Assembly: GCA_049421765.1 (NCBI GenBank) | Contig: JBMSNP010000006.1 | Location: 2,712 to 66,711 of the forward strand | DNA length: 64,000 nucleotides | Direction: 5' to 3' | DNA from: Chitinophagaceae bacterium | Lineage (GTDB): Bacteria > Bacteroidota > Bacteroidia > Chitinophagales > Chitinophagaceae | Shown here: piece after piece, positions 8,427 through 16,945 of the stretch | Numbering within the stretch: position 1 is the stretch's first letter | Layout of the letters: each line of letters opens with the position of its first letter | Program-made: the position numbers and the translations under genes | Notes under the pieces: model-generated | What the model saw: only the letters and a program-made list of their open reading frames with translations | The model's database searches: none | What the model was told of the DNA's origin: nothing

Positions 8427-11400
8427 GTGAGATTAAAGAGCTTAGAAATCAAAGGATTCAAAAGTTTTGCGGATAAAACCGTCGTACGGTTTGATGACAA
8501 TATCACGGGCATTGTGGGCCCGAACGGATGCGGAAAATCGAATATTGTGGACAGCATCCGCTGGGTGATCGGGGAACAGAAGATCAGTCATCTCCGGAGC
8601 GAGAACCTCGACAGCCTGGTCTTCAACGGCTCCAAAACCCGTTCCGCTTCCGGCCTGGCCGAAGTGAGTCTCACTTTTGAGAACACCAAGAACCTGCTGC
8701 CGACCGAGTTCAGCGAAGTGACCATCAGCCGAAAATTTTATAAAAGCGGGGAGAGCGAATATCGCCTGAATGATGTGCAGTGCCGCCTCAAGGATATCCA
8801 GAACCTGTTCATGGATACCGGGATCAGCACCGACAGCTACGCCATCATTGAACTGGGTATGGTCGACGACCTGATCAAGGATAAGGAGAACAGCCGCCGC
8901 CGGATGCTGGAACAGGCCGCCGGGATCTCGATTTATAAAACCCGGAAGAAAGAAGCCAAATTGAAACTGGATGCCACCGAACAGGACCTGGCCCGTATCG
9001 AGGACCTGCTCTTCGAGATCAACAACCAGCTCAAGGCACTCGAAAGCCAGGCAAAAAAAGCCGAGAAATACCACGAGATCAAGAAAGAATACCGCGAATT
9101 GAGCATCGAGTTGGCCAAGGCCTCCCTGGAAGGATTTAACCTCACTTACCAGGAACTCAACCAGCAGCAGGATGCGGAAACCGATAAACGGATGCGACTC
9201 GAAGCCGAGATCGCCGGGGATGAGGCCGCTTTGGAGCAGGAAAAACTGGTGTTTATCGAAAAGGAGAAACAGCTCCAGGCCATGCAGCATGCTTTCAACG
9301 ACCTGTTGCAGGCGGTCCGTGGCAGGGAAAATGAGAAAAATCTTTCCGCCCAAAAACTGGAACATCTCCGGGAGAAAGAAACAGGGCTCCGCGAGTTTCT
9401 TCAGAAAGCAGAAGGCCAGCTTCTGGGCATCGAGGAAAGCATCCAGTTCACGGAAACACAGGTGGGTGAGGAGTCGCATGTGCTGGAGCAGCTAAACCGG
9501 CAGCTCGAGAACCTGCGGCAGGAGGTGGATGCCCGGCGTTTGGTACTGGATGAAAAACGGCGCGTGCTGGACCAGCTCCGCCAGGAACAACAACAGGTGC
9601 AACGCAGCCAGTTTGATGCGGAAAAGAAAGTGGCCGTGGCCGATACATCCGTACAAAACCTGCAACGGGTCATTCACCAGATCGAAGAAGAACGAAAGTT
9701 GCGGGAGCAGCAACGACACCAGCTCGACCAGGACCGGATCCTCAAGGAAAAGGAGCTTTCAATAAAAAAAGTGGACCTGGAACAACTGCAGCAGCACCAG
9801 GAAAACACCCGGGAGCAGATCCTCCAAACCCAGGCCGTGCTGGACGGACTGCGGAATAACCTGGCAGAGGAGAACCGCAAGCTCGACGCAAAGAAAAATG
9901 AGCATGACCTGCTGAAAAGCATGATCGACTCGATGGAAGGGTATCCCGACAGTGTGAAATTCCTCCACAACAATACGCAGTGGAATCATACCTCGCCCAT
10001 CCTGTCTGATGTGTTTTATGTAAAGGAGGAATACCGCACCGCGCTGGAAAATGTACTCGAGCCCTACCTGGGCTATTATATCGTAAATGATCTCCGGGAG
10101 GGATTGCAGGCCGTACACCTGTTGGACGATCATAAAAAGGGGAAGGCGAATTTCTTCCTGCTTGATAAACTGAATGAGATGCCTGCCCCTTCCGCATCCG
10201 GAGACGGGCATACACTGCCAGGTGCGATTCCCGCACTTTCGGTGGTGGAAGTGGATGAAAAATACCGGAAACTGGCCGAGCAGTTACTTGGCAATGTCTT
10301 TATAGCAGACAATGAAGATGCACTGCAGAACAGCAACGGGTTCGTGGTCATTGAAAAGACGGGCAAATATGTCAAGGGGAAATTTTCCCTGACGGGGGGC
10401 AGCGTGGGGATGATCGAGGGGAAAAAGATCGGCCGGGTCAAAAACCTGGAGAAACTGCAGGAAGAGATCACGGCGCAGTCGGCGGTGGTGGAGATCCTCC
10501 GTTCGGAAATACAGACCCGGCACAACGAAGTGATCGCCTTCAATGAAGAACTCCGGGAAACCGCAGTCCGCGACACGGAGAAGGAAATACAACAGCTGAC
10601 CAATGAAGTATTCGCGCTCCACAACAAACTGGAAAACCTCCACTCCCTGCAAACTTCCAGCCAGCACCGGCTGGAAGAGTTGAACCTGCAAATGCAGCAA
10701 ACACATCATTCCGTGGAGGGGGTTCGCAACCAACTGGCGGGTTTCAACGAACAGCTGCTTGTAGGCGCAGCCAGACTCACCGAAGCGGAGGAAGCTTTCC
10801 GGCTGTCGGATGCGGAATACAATGAGGCGAACCGCCAGTACAATGAATTCAACCTGCAGGTCACCAAGCAGCAGAGCAAGATCGCCGCGCTCCGCCAGGA
10901 GCTTGAGTTCAAGGGCAAACAGATGCAGGACCTGAAACAACAGATCAATGCCAATACAACCCAGCTGGCCGAAACGGGCGAGAGCATCGGGCAGGCCATG
11001 CAGAACCTGAAAGACACGGAAGAGGGCCTGTTGCAACTCATGCGCAACAAAGAAGAGGAGGAGCGGAAACTGAATGAAGCTGACCAGGCATACTACAATT
11101 TCCGGAACCAACTGAATGAGAAGGAAAGCGAGATCCGTCACAAGAACAAGGAAAGGGAACAGGTGGAACATATGCTTGCGGCCATCAAAGACAAGCTCAA
11201 TGAACTCAGGCTGCATCTGGCGGGAATGAAAGAGCGGATGGATGTGGAATTCCGGATAAACCTCGATGATATTCTCGGTGAAGAACGCCAGGGCGACACC
11301 CCGACAGAGGAACTCCAGGAGAAAGTCGACCGGATGAAAAAACGTCTCGAAAACCTGGGTGAGGTAAACCCTACCGCGATCGAGGCCTTTACCGAAATGA

Positions 11401-11969
11401 AAAAACGGTATGACTTTATCGTGGAGCAAAAGACCGACCTGGTTTCCGCCAAGGACAGCCTGCTGAAGACCATCGAGGAAGTGGAAGCCACCGCCAACCA
11501 GAAATTCCTGGAAACATTCCACCTGGTACGGGAGAATTTCCAGAAAGTATTCAAGTCTCTGTTTACGGAAGATGACCAGTGCGACCTTGTCCTGGAGGAC
11601 CCCGAGAATATCGCGGAAACGGGTATTGATGTACTGGCCAAACCCAAAGGCAAGCGGCCCACATCACTTACCCAACTCAGCGGGGGAGAGCGAACCCTCA
11701 CTGCCACGGCACTTCTGTTTGCGATCTACCTGATCAAACCCGCGCCGTTCTGTATCCTGGATGAGGTGGACGCTCCGTTGGATGATGCCAACGTGGGCAA
11801 GTTTACCAATATGATCCGGGAGTTCAGCGAAAACTCGCAGTTCATCATCGTCACACACAACAAAATGACGATGAGTACGGTGGATGTGATCTACGGGGTA
11901 ACCATGCAGGAACCCGGAGTGAGCAAACTGGTGCCAGTGGATTTCAGGGGGTTGGAAAATCAGAACTAA
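8427..11969 (+). CDS. smc: Chromosome segregation protein SMC
   Basis: 1180 aa, GTG start giving the canonical MRLKSLEIKGFKSF. Walker A GPNGCGKSN, long coiled coils, hinge, signature LSGGERTLTATALLFA, Walker B FCILDEVDAPLD. Confidence 0.97.
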   Translation: MRLKSLEIKGFKSFADKTVVRFDDNITGIVGPNGCGKSNIVDSIRWVIGEQKISHLRSENLDSLVFNGSKTRSASGLAEVSLTFENTKNLLPTEFSEVTISRKFYKSGESEYRLNDVQCRLKDIQNLFMDTGISTDSYAIIELGMVDDLIKDKENSRRRMLEQAAGISIYKTRKKEAKLKLDATEQDLARIEDLLFEINNQLKALESQAKKAEKYHEIKKEYRELSIELAKASLEGFNLTYQELNQQQDAETDKRMRLEAEIAGDEAALEQEKLVFIEKEKQLQAMQHAFNDLLQAVRGRENEKNLSAQKLEHLREKETGLREFLQKAEGQLLGIEESIQFTETQVGEESHVLEQLNRQLENLRQEVDARRLVLDEKRRVLDQLRQEQQQVQRSQFDAEKKVAVADTSVQNLQRVIHQIEEERKLREQQRHQLDQDRILKEKELSIKKVDLEQLQQHQENTREQILQTQAVLDGLRNNLAEENRKLDAKKNEHDLLKSMIDSMEGYPDSVKFLHNNTQWNHTSPILSDVFYVKEEYRTALENVLEPYLGYYIVNDLREGLQAVHLLDDHKKGKANFFLLDKLNEMPAPSASGDGHTLPGAIPALSVVEVDEKYRKLAEQLLGNVFIADNEDALQNSNGFVVIEKTGKYVKGKFSLTGGSVGMIEGKKIGRVKNLEKLQEEITAQSAVVEILRSEIQTRHNEVIAFNEELRETAVRDTEKEIQQLTNEVFALHNKLENLHSLQTSSQHRLEELNLQMQQTHHSVEGVRNQLAGFNEQLLVGAARLTEAEEAFRLSDAEYNEANRQYNEFNLQVTKQQSKIAALRQELEFKGKQMQDLKQQINANTTQLAETGESIGQAMQNLKDTEEGLLQLMRNKEEEERKLNEADQAYYNFRNQLNEKESEIRHKNKEREQVEHMLAAIKDKLNELRLHLAGMKERMDVEFRINLDDILGEERQGDTPTEELQEKVDRMKKRLENLGEVNPTAIEAFTEMKKRYDFIVEQKTDLVSAKDSLLKTIEEVEATANQKFLETFHLVRENFQKVFKSLFTEDDQCDLVLEDPENIAETGIDVLAKPKGKRPTSLTQLSGGERTLTATALLFAIYLIKPAPFCILDEVDAPLDDANVGKFTNMIREFSENSQFIIVTHNKMTMSTVDVIYGVTMQEPGVSKLVPVDFRGLENQN

Positions 11970-12190
11970 ACCGGTTTGCCCGGCGATTCCCGGCTTCCAG
12001 ATAAAGATGATCCAGGAAGCAATCACCTGGTGGCATTTGCTGATTCGCCGTCCTGTACCAGAAAGAACCTTTTGGAGGTACCTTTTTAGTTTCGCCCATC
12101 AAATCGCTGCCTTTTACATGTTTAGCGGGGATCCCGTGAAATCACAGCCTGGGATCATAAAAACAAAATAAAGGAATGGATCAGCCTGTC

Positions 12191-12448
12191 TTATTCCTCC
12201 CCGGGACTTTTTTGCTGGTGACGCATTTTCTGTTTCCGGATCAGGTCGGATTTTACTTTATGTACAAAAGCGCTGCTGATCAGGAAAAGCCCCAGGCAAA
12301 GCAGCACAGAGGATAAAATCCCCCAGGGGTACCAGTCATCGTATTTGGCTCTTTCAAAACAAGCGTAAAAGATGACCATGATCCCGGCGATCACGGAGCC
12401 AAAACCGGATAAAAGTTTTGAAATATACTTTTCTTCATGATTGGACAT
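12191..12448 (-). CDS. Small two-TM membrane protein
   Basis: 85 aa with two hydrophobic helices (GFGSVIAGIMVIFYACF; ILSSVLLCLGLFLISSAF) and a basic tail. Confidence 0.5.
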   Translation of the reverse strand: MSNHEEKYISKLLSGFGSVIAGIMVIFYACFERAKYDDWYPWGILSSVLLCLGLFLISSAFVHKVKSDLIRKQKMRHQQKSPGEE

Positions 12449-12599
12449 AGAAGCAGGTTTAGAAGGTTCACGGGTTTGTCAAAAGTAGTGAAATTTTGCC
12501 CCTGTTTTCGCCTGATTTAACAAGCCGCTATGTTAATCACGGCAACGGAGATATGATAAAAACGGGTTCTCCTTTAACTTTACCACTCAACTGACCGGT

Positions 12600-13184
12600 A
12601 TGAAAAATTTTTTTGTCCTGATTCTTTTCTGCGGACTGGGCATGACCGCATTTTCACAGACGGCTCCTGAAGGTCTTTTTATCGCGTCCAAAGCTCCGGA
12701 TTTCAAGGCCAGGGATCAGTTTGGGAATGAGATCCGCTTAAAGGACCTGCTGAAGACCGGGAAAGTGGTGTTGGTTTTTTACAGGGGAAACTGGTGCCCC
12801 TATTGTAACCGGGCCCTGGGCCGGTTGCAGGACTCCCTGCAGCTGATCCGCGACAAGGGAGCCACCGTATTGGCCGTGTCGCCCGAAAAACAGGAGGGGA
12901 TCGCCAAAACAACCGAAAAGACAAAGGCCGAGTTTTCCGTCATCCATGATGAGGGTATGAAGATCATGAAAGCTTATGATGTGGCATTTGAGGTACCCGA
13001 GAATACAATCACCCGGTATAAGAACGCGGGGCTTGATATTGAAAAGAACAACGGAGAGAACGGAAAATACCTGCCGGTTCCTGCGGTTTATATCATCGAC
13101 CAGGAGTCCACCATACGTTACCGGTTCTTTGAAACCGATTACAAAAAACGGCCCAGCGTGCAGGAACTGCTCGATAATCTCTGA
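12600..13184 (+). CDS. Peroxiredoxin/redoxin (AhpC-TSA family), secreted
   Basis: Signal peptide, then ...VVLVFYRGNWCPYCNRALGRL... thioredoxin-fold active-site context. Confidence 0.8.
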   Translation: MKNFFVLILFCGLGMTAFSQTAPEGLFIASKAPDFKARDQFGNEIRLKDLLKTGKVVLVFYRGNWCPYCNRALGRLQDSLQLIRDKGATVLAVSPEKQEGIAKTTEKTKAEFSVIHDEGMKIMKAYDVAFEVPENTITRYKNAGLDIEKNNGENGKYLPVPAVYIIDQESTIRYRFFETDYKKRPSVQELLDNL

Positions 13185-13188
13185 TCGA

Positions 13189-13860
13189 TTATTTTTTTTC
13201 CGCGATAAAGCAAGCGGAACGGAAAAGTGCACTCTTTTCCTTTTTATCCGCCGGGGGGTCATCCGTCAGCAGGGTACCCACCCAACTGAATCCGTTTTCT
13301 TCAAGACACTTCTTCCATTCGTTCTCCCTGTATTTCCTGAAACCATACCGTGTAAATGGCATTTTTTCCAGGCTTTCGCTGGTGCGGGCCGTTGCATAAA
13401 ACAGGCCTCCAGGTTTCAGCACCCGGAATATCTCTGACAGGTGGGCGGAAGGTTTGTCCCAGAAATAAATGACATTGATGCAAAATACCCGGTTAAAATT
13501 TTCGTCGGCAAAAGGCATCCGTTTGCTGTTTCCATGAAATAACGAAAGCCTTCCCGCTGCTAGGGCAGGCTTGTTTTTTTCACTCGCGGCGCTTACCATG
13601 GTTTTTGAAAAATCGATACCTGCGAGTTGCAGGTTCTGGTCTTTGGACAGTAGTTTTTCAAAAAACATACCGTTTCCGAAACCAATCTCCAGGATCGATT
13701 CATTACCCTTTAGCTGCATGGCTTCGATTGTCAGGTTGTAAAGATGTTCATTGGACCGGTTCATGACCGCAGCGGTCCGGAGACCCCCGGCTCCATGCGG
13801 GCGGCGCAACTGGTTCGCGATTCTTCTATAACGGAGTGTATTGAGAAAATGATTCCACAT
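13189..13860 (-). CDS. Class I SAM-dependent methyltransferase
   Basis: Motif I ILEIGFGNG, post-I IDFS, ...RVFCINVIYFW..., LKPGG. Confidence 0.8.
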   Translation of the reverse strand: MWNHFLNTLRYRRIANQLRRPHGAGGLRTAAVMNRSNEHLYNLTIEAMQLKGNESILEIGFGNGMFFEKLLSKDQNLQLAGIDFSKTMVSAASEKNKPALAAGRLSLFHGNSKRMPFADENFNRVFCINVIYFWDKPSAHLSEIFRVLKPGGLFYATARTSESLEKMPFTRYGFRKYRENEWKKCLEENGFSWVGTLLTDDPPADKKEKSALFRSACFIAEKK

Positions 13861-13886
13861 GGTCGGGAATTAGAAAATGAAAGAGG

Positions 13887-14918
13887 TTATTTCCAGGCGA
13901 TGCGCGCGATCCTGCCATTGCCCCCTGCTAAGTACACGGCGCCGCCAAGTTTGGATGCCCGGCACACATGAAAGCCCTCTTTGCTGATCCAGACCCAGGT
14001 TTTACCGCCGTCGTTGCTTCGGTCCACCCCGTTAAGACCACAGGAAAAAACTTCGGTCTTGGAATAAAATTCCACACAGCTCCTGTATCCGTGCGGGGGC
14101 ACCATCGGTTCATTCCAGGTCTGCCCGCCGTCATTGGAGTAAAAACAATTTTTTACCCGCGATGTATCTGCATTGAAATCGCCACCCACCACGATCATTT
14201 TATGCCCGACTTTTTGTTTGAAATTATCCCATATGGCGACGGAATTGGCACCCGTGGTCTCTTTTCCCTGGATCAGGGGCAGGTCTACCGCGCTGTTGCG
14301 GATAAAGATCCGGGACCGAAGCCCCCCGCTTACAAATACGGCTTCATCCCGGTCGAGTACACGGACATTGGTACCGCTGGCGGCAAAACAGGCTTCCCCG
14401 CTGTCGGCAAGGGGACGTTTATCAAAGGGGATGTCCTGCCAGCTGTTCCCTCCGTCAAAAGTCCGGGTTACAAAAAAACGGCCATCAACGGGATCCCCGA
14501 TGACGATCCCAGACTGCTCGTTCCAGAACTCCATCGCGTCGAGGAACATGCCCTTGGTGGTATTTTCATAAACGACTTTCCATGACTCACCGCCGTCTGT
14601 GGTTTTTAGGATATAGGCTGGTTCGTCCACGCTCATAATGATCGCCGTGGAAGCATCAAATGCTTCGATATCGCGGAAATCCCTTTTTTCAAAACCTGAA
14701 ACCACCCGCCATTGCCAGGTTTTTCCACCATTGGTGGTTCTTCCCACAGTTCCTTTGCTGCCGCTGACCCAAACCACGTTGTCGTTAACAACGCTGAGTC
14801 CGCGCAGGCTTACACCGTTCCCGGAATGGAGCAATTCCACCTTCGGGACCTGGGCCCAAACAATGCTGTACAGGAAACAAAACAGGAGGAGAAACGGCAG
14901 ACGGGTTGAAGTTTGCAT
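13887..14918 (-). CDS. Secreted BNR/Asp-box beta-propeller protein (Ycf48-like)
   Basis: Repeated SxDxGxTW-type Asp-boxes (TNGGKTWQW, TDGGESWKV, FDGGNSWQD, NDGGQTWNE, NDGGKTWVW). ORF-track GTG 14936 trimmed to ATG 14918, which gives the signal MQTSTRLPFLLLFCFLYSIVWAQ. Confidence 0.8.
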   Translation of the reverse strand: MQTSTRLPFLLLFCFLYSIVWAQVPKVELLHSGNGVSLRGLSVVNDNVVWVSGSKGTVGRTTNGGKTWQWRVVSGFEKRDFRDIEAFDASTAIIMSVDEPAYILKTTDGGESWKVVYENTTKGMFLDAMEFWNEQSGIVIGDPVDGRFFVTRTFDGGNSWQDIPFDKRPLADSGEACFAASGTNVRVLDRDEAVFVSGGLRSRIFIRNSAVDLPLIQGKETTGANSVAIWDNFKQKVGHKMIVVGGDFNADTSRVKNCFYSNDGGQTWNEPMVPPHGYRSCVEFYSKTEVFSCGLNGVDRSNDGGKTWVWISKEGFHVCRASKLGGAVYLAGGNGRIARIAWK

Positions 14919-14943
14919 AGTCGAGATTCGATACACAATCTAC

Positions 14944-15876
14944 TCAGTTTTCCTGGTATTTCACGAATGTCCGGGATGAACTGCCGTCTTCATTGAGTTC
15001 CATGATGGCGTAGACAGGTCCGAACTCCTGGAAATCCCCTTTCCACCAGTTCCCGGATACGGCCCCGTTGCAGTAGTAACGGATGCCCAGGTATTCAAGC
15101 TCGTCCTGGAGGTGGATATGCCCGCTGATACAGACCCGGATGGCCGGACAGGTCCTGAACAGTTTTTTGAGGGTTAAAAAATCAGTATGCATCAGGTTTC
15201 TTTTTACCAGCAGGTCTCCATTGGGCTCCGTTTTGTTAAAGAAAAGTCCGGCACAAACCGAAAGGATTGGAATATGCGAAACGATACAAACATGAGTTCC
15301 TGCAGGTACGGAATTCAGCTCTTCCCGAAGCCAGTCGATTTGTTCAACGTCGAGACGGGCGATATATCCGCCCGCGGGGTTGAGCTGTGTGCTGTCGAGT
15401 ACGATAAAACGCCAGTTCCCTTTTGTAAAGCGGTAATAACGCCCTGGAAGCTCCAGCGTTTCCAGTACCCAGGCCTTCCCGTAAAGTTTCTCCTGGCCGG
15501 ACTGGATTTCCTTGTTGAACCATCCCCAGACATCGTGGTTGCCGATCGTATGGTAAACAGGCAAACTGTTTTCCTTCTTCAGGATCGCTTTGAACAGGTC
15601 CCATTGTTCCCTGGTTTTTTCCTTACCGGCTTCAAGCGAATCCATGATCGAATCTCCGCCGTTGATGATAAAGTCAACCGGCTTTTTCAGTTGCTGCACA
15701 TGTTGCAGGGCCCGGGTCATCCCGGTTTCGGGCACCAGCCCGGGTTTAACGTGAATATCTGTCAGGTGCGCGAAACGAACAGTTTTTTTACCGGTAACTG
15801 CTGCTTCCGTAAAGGAGGGAAGAAGGGCTCCGCCAAGTACGGCGGCCGACCCGTGAAGGAATGATTTTCTCTTCAT
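14944..15876 (-). CDS. Metallophosphoesterase (calcineurin-like), exported
   Basis: FAHLTDIHV, INGGDSIMD, GNHD, VSHIP and SGHIH motifs. N-terminus MKRKSFLHGSAAVLGGALLP is Tat/Sec-like. Confidence 0.85.
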   Translation of the reverse strand: MKRKSFLHGSAAVLGGALLPSFTEAAVTGKKTVRFAHLTDIHVKPGLVPETGMTRALQHVQQLKKPVDFIINGGDSIMDSLEAGKEKTREQWDLFKAILKKENSLPVYHTIGNHDVWGWFNKEIQSGQEKLYGKAWVLETLELPGRYYRFTKGNWRFIVLDSTQLNPAGGYIARLDVEQIDWLREELNSVPAGTHVCIVSHIPILSVCAGLFFNKTEPNGDLLVKRNLMHTDFLTLKKLFRTCPAIRVCISGHIHLQDELEYLGIRYYCNGAVSGNWWKGDFQEFGPVYAIMELNEDGSSSRTFVKYQEN

Positions 15877-16001
15877 GTGAAACGATTGAAGTCTGTGCTA
15901 CAATGTAACACAATTCGCGAGAAAGATAACGGCGGATATCCTGCCGGGAGTCTGAAATATGTTCGGGCTGAATATCAGGAACTGAAGTTCAGGGAAAGGG
16001 A

Positions 16002-16691
16002 TCATTTCAATTGGTCCATCAATGCTTCTTTGCGGACAAGGCCCTGTTTGCGCCATACTTCCTTCCCGTTCCGGTACACGATAAAAACAGGGATCGGTTC
16101 AATGCCAAGGGTTTTGAGCAGGTTGGTATGTATTCCGGCATCGATCCGCATAACGACAAATTTTTTGTCCGCCTTTTTCTCAATCTCACGGATGACCGGT
16201 TCCATTTTAACACAGGGCGGGCACCAGGGGGCTCCGAAATCTACCAGTACCGGTTTGTCTTTTGGGATGGAAGCAAAGTATTGCTCCGGGGTGAGCTGGG
16301 GTTCGTTGGTTTTTCCCTCTACGGGTTTATTCTCGCGTTTCCATGCCATAAATCCACCCCGCAATTCGGTAACTTTTTTAAACCCGTTGTTCCGCATCCA
16401 GGCGGCCGCTGCCGTGCTGCGCCCACCCGAAAGACAATAGATGTAAACCGGTTTGTCCTTGTCGATATACTGTACCCGGTCCAGGAACTGTTCGCGATTG
16501 GTCCAGTCGGCCTGTAGGGCGTTTTTGATATGCCCGCTTTGATATTCCCCGGCAGTGCGCACATCCAGGATCTGGGCTTTTTCCTTGTCGAGTCCCTTTT
16601 CAAACTCGGAGGGATCCGCTTCGATGACCTGCTGGGAGTTGCAGGAAAGAGCCACAATCAATAATAAAAAGACGGGAAAAACGTTTTTCAT
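16002..16691 (-). CDS. Rhodanese-thioredoxin fusion protein, exported
   Basis: Rhodanese active-site loop YIYCLSGGRSTAAAAW followed by a thioredoxin domain with WCPPC. ORF-track start 16730 trimmed to ATG 16691 (signal MKNVFPVFLLLIVALSC). Confidence 0.85.
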   Translation of the reverse strand: MKNVFPVFLLLIVALSCNSQQVIEADPSEFEKGLDKEKAQILDVRTAGEYQSGHIKNALQADWTNREQFLDRVQYIDKDKPVYIYCLSGGRSTAAAAWMRNNGFKKVTELRGGFMAWKRENKPVEGKTNEPQLTPEQYFASIPKDKPVLVDFGAPWCPPCVKMEPVIREIEKKADKKFVVMRIDAGIHTNLLKTLGIEPIPVFIVYRNGKEVWRKQGLVRKEALMDQLK

Positions 16692-16945
16692 CTGTTCGGT
16701 TTGGGACAAAAATAGGCCTTTGTTTTCCATGATACTGAATGGTTTGGAGGATAAATCTTCTCCACCCGGCGGTGTCAGGTATTCAAAATAGTCTTATTTT
16801 TAAGGGTTCATCAAGCTTTACCATCTGTCCTTATTTAAAAAACGAAAGAAGCAGTTGCATGGGTTCCAGGTATTTCCGGGATTCACCACCCGGTACAGTA
16901 CGGGAATCTGAACTGCGGGAAACACCCTAAAAACAATCACAGCAC

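Noticed and set aside
8442-11522. Very long antisense ORFs inside smc (8442..9479, 345 aa; 10284..11522, 412 aa; plus several 100-190-aa ORFs).
   Set aside because: They lie entirely within, and opposite to, a confidently identified smc gene. Their products are low-complexity (L/F/Q/E-rich) mirror images of coiled-coil codons (GAA/CAG/CTG/AAG), which rarely generate antisense stops. There are no independent motifs.
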